Shown piece by piece: positions 31,501 to 41,100 of a stretch of DNA of 64,000 nt. The DNA comes from a virus. Every line of letters begins with the position of its first letter. Positions within the stretch are counted from its first letter, which is position 1. The position numbers and the translations under genes were made by a program. The notes below the pieces were generated by a model. The model worked only from the letters and a program-made list of their open reading frames with translations. It was not told where the DNA came from and searched no databases. The stretch lies in the IMG/VR virus record IMGVR_UViG_3300006754_000014, positions 4,685 to 68,684 of that record; one strand, 5' to 3'.

Positions 31501-34500
31501 CCGATGATATGCAGTGTAACTACTATAACCAAGATGTTGAGCAACCGCTACCGCAATATTTCTACTAGAACATCCACTAGTATTTGGTTTTGGTTTAACT
31601 ACAGTTGGTTGATCTATCTGTTCATATGTTGATTGAACATCGGTATCAAAAGTTCTAGCAAAATCATTAGTTTCTTCATAAGATTTTTGCGTTATTTCTG
31701 CATTTCTTATAAGATTCTGATACCTATCTTTATTATGAAGAGTTCCAGCAGCTTCAAAGTTTGTTGTTGCCTTAGATACCAAAGATGATGGTGGATTTAA
31801 TCCATATGGATCACTAGTTACTACAAATGTTTTTATACCAGTAGTAAATGCTGGATTTCCTGTTCCAGTTGGAGTTGGTACAAACATTGTACCAGTAATT
31901 TGTCCATTTTCATCTGTGATTAATCTAATATCCTTGACTGTAGCCTCTGAACCACTACTAAGACCTTTTAAAGTCATACCAACTATCGCCTTACCATAAA
32001 AATCTGACATTCCAGCTTTGGAAAGTGATGCAGTATCAAGATTCAAGAAAGTACTTGTTGATGCATAAGTATCTGCAAGTTCTTGACTAGTATCATATGG
32101 ATTCATCGCATAAGTTGTTGCTGGATCTAAGAAATTACCACTTTTATGATTTAACTTAGCTAATCTAAACCTAATTGCTTGATCTCCACCATTAGCACTT
32201 GGGTTAATAAGAGCTGTTGTTCCATCTCCGGCTACAAATCCTTCTACAGTTTCTCCTGGGAAGAAAGCTCCAGAAGTCATGGTTATTTCCAAAAGTTTTG
32301 GAGTACACCATCTGGTCATTTCCTTCTTATCGAAGAAAATATGCATAACTGTATTTGGTCTTAAACTCTTACCAATAAATTCAATATTTCTAGATCTCAT
32401 ATAAGAGATAATTTCAGTATTAATTAATATCTCATTTGTAATAACAGTATCAAGTTTAACACTTACCTTATCAGCTACACCTGTTCTTGACTTACTACCT
32501 TGTTCATCTACCTTAGTTGATGTAGTTGTTTGTGTATAACTACCACTATTTGCAACATAGTTATTACCATCAGCAAGTAGACTAGATCCAGGCGCAATAC
32601 CAGACTTTGTTTCTGTAACGGTTTGGGGATCATGCTGTGTTCTACCAGTAACAATTTCCTCCCATATACCCCATTGAATTGGTCCTAAACCAGTTTGTTC
32701 ATCAATACCAAGTCTAGCAATAGTTGCAGCATAATCTCCTTCTAAATTGGTATTATGTGTTTCCAGAATCTTCACATCAATCCAAACATCCGAAGAAGGA
32801 TTAAGTTCTACTGTACCGATAAATTGTGTGATAAGGAAAGGAGTTACACCTTCGACTCTAGTAGCATATGGATTCTTGAAATATTCAACAGTACTATAAT
32901 TTAAAGTTATCAAATCCCCAGTTTTTTGGGTATTTGGATCATTCATATTATAGATATTTTCATCATCATATAAAGTTTCTCCAAGACTAGGAGACGAAAG
33001 TTGTAAATCAAGAGCAGTAGTATAATGAGGAGGCCTTAATTCATTATTAAATGTATCAATTGAACATCTTGAATCAAGAGCGTATGTATTCTGAGCTTTA
33101 TGATCTCCAAAGTTATCTACAAGGAATCCATTTTTATATCTCTCAAGTCCATTAGTATCCTTAATTTGCAGATTTGCAGTCTCATTCTCAAGAAGAGATA
33201 ACGCTGTATAATACTCTAGATTAGAAAGCCTTGTTTCCAACCTACCAATATCTTTCATCGTATAACGTCTATGCTGCGTTCGTTTGAATTTAATATCAGC
33301 AACATCATAAACGTAAGGTGGAAGAATTGCCGTTGCAACGTCTAATGCATTATCAATTTTGGGAGGAACACGAGGATTTAAAGAAGGAGCTCCTTTAGAT
33401 ACTTGAACAACCCCGTTTTTGCCCATAAAGATTCTATCAATCCTTCCAAGGAAGTAACTATAATCAAGTAAAAGATTTTCATCAGAAACTATGATATTAG
33501 TTGGGGAAGTTGATGTAACAGCAAATGATCTTGAATCAAAATCAAAAGGAGAATCTGTAGAAGATGTATTATAATCCGCTACTCTTGGTCGTATGTCAAT
33601 AAAATCACTGACCCTTCTTCCATCAAACTTAGCAACATCTTTCTTATATGACTGTCTACTATAACTATTACTTGTAAAGATATCCCCAGTATCTGAAGTC
33701 TCAACATACTCTGCCTGATAAACAAATGTTAACCTTCTACTTGGTTCAGCAACCCCATCCTTTCTAATTACCCTAGCATAATCATAATATTCACCCCTCT
33801 GTCCATTATCAAACAAGAAATAATTAGTAACATCATTTGCACCAGTATCAACTTGAGTTATTGATGCTTCTATTGCAGATTCATCACTGGTGATAATCTC
33901 TCCTGCGACGAATTTTTGGTCATTCGCATATACAAAATTAATTGTAGTACTAGATGCTTTCTTAATAATAGTAGCACAAGCTCTACTTGTAGAACCAGTA
34001 ATTTTTTCACCAATAATATAATCATTAGCACTACTTGATGGACTCAAAATAGAAGTTAATGTAAGTGTTGGAAGTGCTGCGTCAGCAGTATCAAAGGATT
34101 CAAATACTCCCAAAACTCTTGTTACATCAGCAGTATTCAAACATATTTCTCTATCATGAATTCTAGTTCCATAAACAGTATTATATGTCAATCCATCCTG
34201 TTTAACACCAACACCTGTTGCAGAAGATCCAGATTCAGCATACTTGGACCTATTGATTGTAAGAATACCAGCCCTTTGATTTCTTTTCTCTTTTTGGGTG
34301 ACATTCTGATTAATTTGAGTGGTAGTTAAAACAACAGGAGTAGCAGTTACTTTTGTTAATCCACTAAAAGTAATAAGACCAGTACTAGAATCTAATGCAA
34401 ACTGATCTGATGTTAACGTTTCTACAGATCCATCTTGATATGTAATTGCATATCTCTCTTCATCAAATCCAGTATAATTAAAATTAGCTTCTGGTGCAGG

Positions 34501-36609
34501 ACTGGTTAGTTGACTTGCTGCTACTGATAACCCATCATACTGTTTCCTTATAGTAACAGAAGAATCTCTTAGATTAACACTATCAACATTTGGATAATTT
34601 AAAGGAGCTAACAATCTATTCTCATTGTGAGAAGTAACTCTAGCTACTCCAACTTGAAGATTAGATACTTCAGTAGCACTAGTTGGCAATCCACCTTCAC
34701 AAACACCAGTAACTGTAGTTACACCAGTAAGAGTAACTGCGGATCCATCAGAATTTATAGTACTAACTTTAGCAAAACATTCAGTGTGAATACCAGTTCT
34801 ATTATAAACTACAACAGCATTAGCAGTTGAAATTCCAATAAATGTTCCTTTAGTCGATGTAATCGTTGAAATACCTGCATGGTGAGCAGTTATTGTTACT
34901 GGTTTACCAAATTCCTTTCTATCAGAAAGTACAACGTCACAGTTAAATGTTTTTCCCGTACCAACAGCTTGGTGTACAGATTTTACATTATCCGAACCAA
35001 AACTAGTTGTAAATGCAACAATCCTACTATCATTAACACCATTAACAGTAATCCTTTCTCCAGGTAAAAACTTACCTTTAACTTGTCCAATGGTAAGTTC
35101 TTTATTATTACTTAAGGCAGAAATCAAATATCCACTAGCTGAACTAGATTGTCCTTCAATAAGAGACGATTTAGCAAGACTTGGGAAATTTTCATTTACC
35201 TGAACTTGAGTATAATATTGAGTATCAAAAAGTCTTAATGAGAATTGACTAGAACTATCTACATATTCTTCTTCTGAATTAAAGTCATAAACCCTTGCCA
35301 CACCTACGGTTTGACCAGATGAAAGCGAATGAGATGCACCAACCCTAGTATCTTGTAATGTTACATAAGCAGTAGTAACAATACCAACTCCGGGCGAAGC
35401 AAAAACTCTATTAACTTTTACTTGATCACCAAAAGCAAGAGCAATATTTTCCCTTACACCATCAGTAGTTCTTGGTTTACTAATATCTACTAAAGTGTTT
35501 TCAAGTTTATCAACTTCAAATCCCCTAATATACGCCTTTCCTGGGGATATATCATAAACCATCAATCCTTCCGATGGAACATAACCATCACTGGTAGTCT
35601 CAGTACTTTGATATAATCCAGTATTTCCTTGATTTGAATTTAAAGATTCTCTTACATTAATTCTAAATGGACTAATATAATAATCTCCAGACTCATCATA
35701 AGTCCTTCTAGCAAGTTCTTCTGCAAAAATGTTATAATCAGTTCTTTGTGTAAAGAGTTTTAATTGACCATCTTGAACTCTAGCAAGTTCCACAAAACCC
35801 ACATCATCTGTATCATTAACAGATTTCTTCGCAAAATAAGCTTTTATTTCTAATCTATCTGCACCTGGAGCAGAAAAATTAGGGAATCCAGCAGCATTAT
35901 CTACTAAATCAGCATCAATATCAGAATTTACAATTGACTCAGAAACTTCTAAACCAACTCTATACGTTGGAAATGTTCCATACTGATCAAGAATAATGAG
36001 TTGTTCGTCAACTCTTACAAAATACCCTCTTAAATAATATACCCCTTCTGTAATGCCCATTGCAGAACCAATCTGCGAAGCATTTTCTGTAATTGTTCTA
36101 ACAACACCTTGATTTACTCCAATCGAAGTATTGGAATATGAAATGGTTGTTTTTGCTAAAAGATTCTCAGAATCAAAGAATGTAATAGACTGATTATCAG
36201 TAGTACCCGATTTAATATAGGAAACATAAAGTGTAATATTACCCTTGTCAGACTCAGATTCTTTTATAACTTTTTTTACTTCAGCCTGAACACCAGAATC
36301 TTCTCCAATAAGTACCTGGCCAACTAATTGATCTTGATATAATGATATTGGAACTCCTAGAAAATTATCTTCTACTTGAATACAATAAAAATTACTAAAA
36401 TAACTTAACTGTCCAGGAATTACATTAGCACCTTCTTTGAACATATGTTGTCCAAAAGAAGACACCTGATTCTGTAACATTGACTGGAGACCAGTCAACT
36501 CTCTAGCTTGAACAGGTTGTCCAGGCTTAAATAGAACTTTATAATAATCCTTTGCAGGATTAAAATCGTCGTAGTACGGAGCTACATTTAAATTTGTTTC
36601 CTGAGACAT
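28534..36609 (-). CDS. Large virion structural protein (DUF4815/VrlC-like, baseplate or fibre associated)
   Basis: 2691 aa; N-terminal PYYDDF..KDYYKVLFKPG.PVQARELT, YTMKDIGRLE.R..NLEYYT.LSLLE, DPLAQSF motifs; follows g8. Confidence 0.85.
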   Translation of the reverse strand: MSQETNLNVAPYYDDFNPAKDYYKVLFKPGQPVQARELTGLQSMLQNQVSSFGQHMFKEGANVIPGQLSYFSNFYCIQVEDNFLGVPISLYQDQLVGQVLIGEDSGVQAEVKKVIKESESDKGNITLYVSYIKSGTTDNQSITFFDSENLLAKTTISYSNTSIGVNQGVVRTITENASQIGSAMGITEGVYYLRGYFVRVDEQLIILDQYGTFPTYRVGLEVSESIVNSDIDADLVDNAAGFPNFSAPGADRLEIKAYFAKKSVNDTDDVGFVELARVQDGQLKLFTQRTDYNIFAEELARRTYDESGDYYISPFRINVRESLNSNQGNTGLYQSTETTSDGYVPSEGLMVYDISPGKAYIRGFEVDKLENTLVDISKPRTTDGVRENIALAFGDQVKVNRVFASPGVGIVTTAYVTLQDTRVGASHSLSSGQTVGVARVYDFNSEEEYVDSSSQFSLRLFDTQYYTQVQVNENFPSLAKSSLIEGQSSSASGYLISALSNNKELTIGQVKGKFLPGERITVNGVNDSRIVAFTTSFGSDNVKSVHQAVGTGKTFNCDVVLSDRKEFGKPVTITAHHAGISTITSTKGTFIGISTANAVVVYNRTGIHTECFAKVSTINSDGSAVTLTGVTTVTGVCEGGLPTSATEVSNLQVGVARVTSHNENRLLAPLNYPNVDSVNLRDSSVTIRKQYDGLSVAASQLTSPAPEANFNYTGFDEERYAITYQDGSVETLTSDQFALDSSTGLITFSGLTKVTATPVVLTTTQINQNVTQKEKRNQRAGILTINRSKYAESGSSATGVGVKQDGLTYNTVYGTRIHDREICLNTADVTRVLGVFESFDTADAALPTLTLTSILSPSSSANDYIIGEKITGSTSRACATIIKKASSTTINFVYANDQKFVAGEIITSDESAIEASITQVDTGANDVTNYFLFDNGQRGEYYDYARVIRKDGVAEPSRRLTFVYQAEYVETSDTGDIFTSNSYSRQSYKKDVAKFDGRRVSDFIDIRPRVADYNTSSTDSPFDFDSRSFAVTSTSPTNIIVSDENLLLDYSYFLGRIDRIFMGKNGVVQVSKGAPSLNPRVPPKIDNALDVATAILPPYVYDVADIKFKRTQHRRYTMKDIGRLETRLSNLEYYTALSLLENETANLQIKDTNGLERYKNGFLVDNFGDHKAQNTYALDSRCSIDTFNNELRPPHYTTALDLQLSSPSLGETLYDDENIYNMNDPNTQKTGDLITLNYSTVEYFKNPYATRVEGVTPFLITQFIGTVELNPSSDVWIDVKILETHNTNLEGDYAATIARLGIDEQTGLGPIQWGIWEEIVTGRTQHDPQTVTETKSGIAPGSSLLADGNNYVANSGSYTQTTTSTKVDEQGSKSRTGVADKVSVKLDTVITNEILINTEIISYMRSRNIEFIGKSLRPNTVMHIFFDKKEMTRWCTPKLLEITMTSGAFFPGETVEGFVAGDGTTALINPSANGGDQAIRFRLAKLNHKSGNFLDPATTYAMNPYDTSQELADTYASTSTFLNLDTASLSKAGMSDFYGKAIVGMTLKGLSSGSEATVKDIRLITDENGQITGTMFVPTPTGTGNPAFTTGIKTFVVTSDPYGLNPPSSLVSKATTNFEAAGTLHNKDRYQNLIRNAEITQKSYEETNDFARTFDTDVQSTYEQIDQPTVVKPKPNTSGCSSRNIAVAVAQHLGYSSYTAYHRDVQHSAYDLNFLLQQPGAENCQGASYNRGRRSRGGGRGRSNSGRRDIRSLAVSVASANGYRSYTAFHNAVSHNAYDRGFLSNYAGGRGSSGSRGRGRSGGRYSYSGRSRNQGGSRTSNARAMAEQVASAAGYRSYTSYHRSNPHQAYDTNYLKAKCGYTGSDPLAQSFIVEEENGVTLTHIDVFFAHKDDNGIPVRCEIRNLDQGIPGKLILPFSSVTLDPGNVEISQDATIPTSFTFPSPVYLEPDKEYAFVLLSNSTKYGVWISRMGETDQTGTLTDSASSPNTNQTIVSQQPLLGSLFKSQNASTWTPSQLEDLKMTVYKAEFVTNTPALVDFVSPVLALGNDQIINLRNNPIETFSKKATVGLGSTFSASYASIISAGTSISQGNSDATGIVAEINGSVLSGTSGVSIVNSGVGYTPSSGSYAYTGIALTTVTGDGSGAKATIGVVAGSISTVTITDGGTNYSVGDVVGIASIGNNNLGKGSRISVGILSAFESLVLDQVQGTFTTGAGSTLSYEVTAGIGSTIVGNSVASLTVDTLHNGTQFKVNHRNHSMHSTKNYVVVENVQSDKAPTNILVDMTQVSTTNLTVTNATEFKTFENVSVATSNPGYASIDGEIISYTGVTGNVLTGISSRGVDASRITSHPSGSKIYKYEVSGVSLRRINKTHYLYSPAATSTRPITLDDYVINVGMNTSGVNRTSASTMPELFFNERRVTGGKNVTASQNIQYETITPNIQTVVPKDTILKAKLRSISGQSIDGTEVDFTDLGYVGITLGEPNTLLAPRLVGSRVNENAWNGNLPDKRSMTIQLQLETLDPNISPMIDTDRISAILTSNRVNNPVNNFASDGSVNKVSGDPHSAIYVSKKIILENPSTAIKTLMAINKPDQSDVRVLYRTYDGDDFNIENTYTLFPGYGNVDAYGVTVNPVNNNGTSNTLIPSTKNDEFRDHEFYVSNLRPFTAFDIKIIMTSTNQATPPRIKDFRSIALA
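31045..31560 (-). repeat. Three ~32-aa repeats joined by Arg/Gly/Ser-rich linkers inside the 2691-aa protein
   Basis: IAVAVAQHLGYSSYTAYHRDVQHSAYDLNFL / LAVSVASANGYRSYTAFHNAVSHNAYDRGFL / MAEQVASAAGYRSYTSYHRSNPHQAYDTNYL. Confidence 0.9.
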
Positions 36610-36613
36610 AATT

Positions 36614-38146
36614 TTAGAACTCTAAAATAACCTTGATTTCTTCTTTTTGGCTGGATGATCTGGTGATGGATGGTCGATTATCGACGTAGATAATGTCTCC
36701 AGAATATTTTTTCACTTCGGGATTGGATACACCATCAGTAAATTCCTGCCCAAGGTAATATGTTTTATTATTTATTACGGTTGAGACACCGCTGTAAGTT
36801 GTATGGATACCTAAATTGGTAGATCCACCAACGATAGTTACAGATCCACCTGTTGGAGGACTAGATGTAAACTCTAATAGTTCATAACCAAATTTAGGAT
36901 CAACTCCAGTTGTTGCAGAAGTAGCAACTCTCTTATCTTGCCAATATTTTAGAACTCCGGTTGTTGCATCCCAAGATACAACTCTACCAACAGCTGTAGA
37001 ACCAACTCCTACAGTTTGTGTAATTGTGGTATTTGCAGTAAAAGTAACTCCAGATACAGAAGATATATCAAGTTTCAACGCAGAAAGAGTAGAAGCTTGA
37101 GAAGAAGTTAATTTATCAGTAGATCCATATACTTGAGGACCTTTTACTATACCAATTCTAGAGAAAACGTTGCCAGTAATAAAATCTGGATTAGTATCAC
37201 TATTCTCTAATTTACTATAAACCATAATTCTATTGGCGCCCAATTCATCATAAACATTTGCGCCATGTCCACCAGTTGGTGGAATGATTACATTAAACAC
37301 TGCGGGTGTAGTACCATTTAAACCAGCAGCTGCCATATCAACTGTACCATAAGTGTATCCAGTCCCACCATCAGAAACAGCTATGGACTGAACTTTACCA
37401 TCTGGATTTACAGTAACTGAAGCTTTTGCGCCATTTCCATCACCTTTAATAGAAATTCCTGTATAAGTTCCAGCAGTACCATAACCAACTCCTCTGTTAG
37501 TTATAGTAACAACTTTAAGTTGCCCACTAGTTGCTGCATTATCTCTTACTGTAGCAACATCAGTATTTGTTGACCAATCAACAGGAAGAGGGGTGAAATG
37601 ATCCGTTTGGAATTTAATAATATCATTTGGTTTGATAGTAAAAAGATACTTCCAAATATATCCATCAGATCCAGCAGCTCTAGGCTCTAAATCAACAAAT
37701 GTTGGTTCATTTAAAGACTGCCTGCCACTAATATTATCTGGATCTGTTCCATTATGTAAACAAATGTAAACACGATAATCTGAGTTTACAACAAAATACC
37801 TGGCCTCATATAAATGAGTAGAACCTGAGACATTAGATGGATTTGATCGACTGTAATCATGTCGATACATATCATACACAGTACCCGAAGTCCATGTATA
37901 TCGTCTCACAACTTGCGCAACATTGGCAGATTGCAATCTAGACATAGACAACATCGTATCCCAATAATCATTATCCTCCAAAAGATTATCTTTAGGAGCT
38001 GGGGGTGTGGTATTCCATGTTGATACCGTTTCTGTTGGTGTCGTCAAACCAACCCACACATAATATGAGTTCACATCAGAAGAAATTCCCGATATAAAGT
38101 TATTCGCGTTCAAAATACGAAGCTTATCAGTTATAATCGAAGCCAT
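36614..38146 (-). CDS. g8: Baseplate wedge subunit (gp8)
   Basis: MASIITDKLRILNA, W.SGTVYDMYRHDY, YRVYICL.N, DGYIWKYLFTI, YVDNR. Confidence 0.92.
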   Translation of the reverse strand: MASIITDKLRILNANNFISGISSDVNSYYVWVGLTTPTETVSTWNTTPPAPKDNLLEDNDYWDTMLSMSRLQSANVAQVVRRYTWTSGTVYDMYRHDYSRSNPSNVSGSTHLYEARYFVVNSDYRVYICLHNGTDPDNISGRQSLNEPTFVDLEPRAAGSDGYIWKYLFTIKPNDIIKFQTDHFTPLPVDWSTNTDVATVRDNAATSGQLKVVTITNRGVGYGTAGTYTGISIKGDGNGAKASVTVNPDGKVQSIAVSDGGTGYTYGTVDMAAAGLNGTTPAVFNVIIPPTGGHGANVYDELGANRIMVYSKLENSDTNPDFITGNVFSRIGIVKGPQVYGSTDKLTSSQASTLSALKLDISSVSGVTFTANTTITQTVGVGSTAVGRVVSWDATTGVLKYWQDKRVATSATTGVDPKFGYELLEFTSSPPTGGSVTIVGGSTNLGIHTTYSGVSTVINNKTYYLGQEFTDGVSNPEVKKYSGDIIYVDNRPSITRSSSQKEEIKVILEF

Positions 38147-38198
38147 CGATACTTAGCTTAAGGTACTATTCTCTTTATTTATCAGAGATTTATGTGTG

Positions 38199-41100
38199 TT
38201 ATGAATCATACCCAGTGAACTTAAGAATTTCCTTCCTTATAATCACTGGTGAAGATTGGAGTCCGGTTACTCCATCTGTCAATATTGGTGAGTATGTATT
38301 GGATCCTTGTCTCACGTAACTATGAATCATACCCCAAGAATAGTTACCCATATATTCACTATATCCCATTCCAGTTAGTCCATTAAAGGTATCAACTGCA
38401 ACAGTAACTTGAGTTACTGCTGTGGATCCCATGCCAAAGGCCTCAGTAGTAGCAGTAGCGACTGAGATAACTTCATAAACATTATCTACAAATGTTGTTC
38501 CAACACCAACCGTAGTGCCCGTAGAATCAACAGATGTTACTCCATAACCAATATTAGTATTAGAAACTGCGAGATATTGAGCAGATCCAATACCAGCTAC
38601 TGTTATTGCAGTTCCAACAATAGAAGCATTACGGAAAACAGAATCCATAGGAAGAACTAAATCAAGAACCAAAGCTTCCGTTGTTCCAATAGATGTTGTC
38701 TTAATTCCACTAATGATTCCAAAATCACCATCATAAGAGCAATTTTCAATTGTTTCATATGTTGGAGTAGGTGTAGTGAAGATTACTCCTGGTATAGCAG
38801 TATTTGTATAACCAGTTCCTGCATTGGTAATAGTAACAGACGTTACAACACCTGCGGTTATAGATGCTGTAGCAGTAGCTCTATTCTCTTCTGCTCTTGA
38901 AACCGGAGCACCATAAATCTGCCAAGATGTTCCACTAGTTGGTTCAAATGTATATGGATAATCATTAGTATTTCCATTAGTGGCACCAGAAGTTGTAGCA
39001 GTAGATATCGTAACAGTATTCAATTTAATAATGTTACTACCTCTATTCATCTCAAATTCATAAACTAATGGAGTTGCTCCTGCAGTAGAGCCATAATTAT
39101 AACCAGTAACCCTAGCTCTAAATCTAGCAGATAGTGACTCATAGAAGAGTCCGGTCATTCTTCTGTCACCAGCATTAATATGAACTCCTGGAAGTCCTGG
39201 ATTATCTGCAGTAATATTTTCATTTTCAGAAGATCCTCCACCAAATGTTATATAACCATTTGTACCAACATAAACCATATTGTAAGTATTACCAAAGAAA
39301 TCAATATTAAACTGCATCTGAATCGCATATGATGTATCATTTGCATCACCAGAGAATTCTGTTGTAAATCCTGTTGATCCGAATGATGTAGATGCAATTC
39401 CAATAGCAGAACCAGTTGGAATCCATGGATCTGTTGTTGATGGTATACCAATCACAACTGTTGGTGCAGATGTGTAACCAGAACCACCTTCATCAATAGT
39501 AATTGAAGTTACAGAAGATCCGGCAGAAACAGTAACTGTTCCAGCTGCAGAAACCAAATTAGTTCTATCAAGAATTAATAGATCCTGTTTATTTGAAACT
39601 AAGTCCTCTCTAGAGTTATTGAAGAATGGTCTACAATTTTCAACAAAAATTTGAGTAGATGCTGCTCCGATTGATTTAATAATAGGAGTTAGTGGATTAA
39701 TATTTGCTTCATAAAGAATTCTTGTTTTTGCAACTTCCTGTCCATTAATAATCAAATCATGCATCTGTTTGCATCTATCTACAGGTCTGATAAAGGAATT
39801 ATCAGAACTAATTCCAGCACCCCTGTAAGCCTGCGTGTATACAGTATCATCTGTCTTAATTCCAGTAACAACTCTCTTAGATTGATCCCATTCAATACCT
39901 TTTGTTGGAATATCAGCTCTTAATTGTAATTTGTCACCAGGTTCAACCTCTTCAAGAATATTGACTTCAACAACATCAGCATCTCCACTACCCTTATAGA
40001 AGATAAGTTTAGAAGTATCATCAACTTTAGGTGTTTCTGTAAATTCAAGGACATTACCACCATTAAACTTATAAGCAACTCCAGGTTGTTGTAAGATATC
40101 ATTAACAAAGATAAGAAGAGTGGACTCAAGATCAATATTAGATCCTTTCGCCTTTCTAATTGTCATATTAACACTATCTTGTTTGATACTATATGATTTG
40201 TCAATTCCATTAAAGACGAAACTATCTAATGGTAACAAGTATCCAGGAGACCAAGCAGCAAATTTATCGTTGAATATTTCATCAACAGTCATTGTAAATT
40301 CAGCGAAGGTTGTAGTTCCAATACCAACTTTAGTTGTTGGAATACCAGCTATACTATCACTTGGAATTGTTAAAATTTCACCTTTCTTATATCCATATCC
40401 AAAATTAGTAATTGTAAAGTCTGTAACACTAGATCCAGATCCAACAACAATATTCACTTTAGCTTCTGTACCAAGAGCACTTGGGCTAGAAGATGAATGC
40501 GTTAGAGGAATATTTTCATATGATAGTGGATCATCAAATTCGACTGAATATTTCTTAGAAACTGTTCCAGATCTTGCATAGAAATGATCACATGTGGAAA
40601 TACCAGTATTAACGACAAATGAGTTATCATCATTAACTTCTAAAACAAGTGAACCATTAGAACCTGGATCAATTCCACTTGAAGAATTATTATTTGCTCT
40701 AGGAGCAAGAATAGATCCTTGTACTGTTCCACCACCATGGAATATTGTATTTACAGTAGATGTACCAACATTAACAGTGAATTGAGTTGTATTAGCAACA
40801 CCAATCACTTGTACACCAGAATACTTAGGATCTGGTTTTCTTGGATACTTATGTTGAGTTGCCTTACTGTCCTTACTGCATGTAAATGTTAAAGATTCTG
40901 TCGCTATCTTAATACTTTGTCCTGCATGAATATTGTGAGAACCAATACTCATTGTCATGATTCCACTAGAAGCAGTATATGTTGCAGTTGTAATACTATA
41001 ATTTACAATAGTTGATACGCCAACATTAAGTGTAATAGTATTGGATCCGGTTCCAGCAATAGAAACTGAAGTCTGAGATATCGGATCTGTGGGTCTTGGA

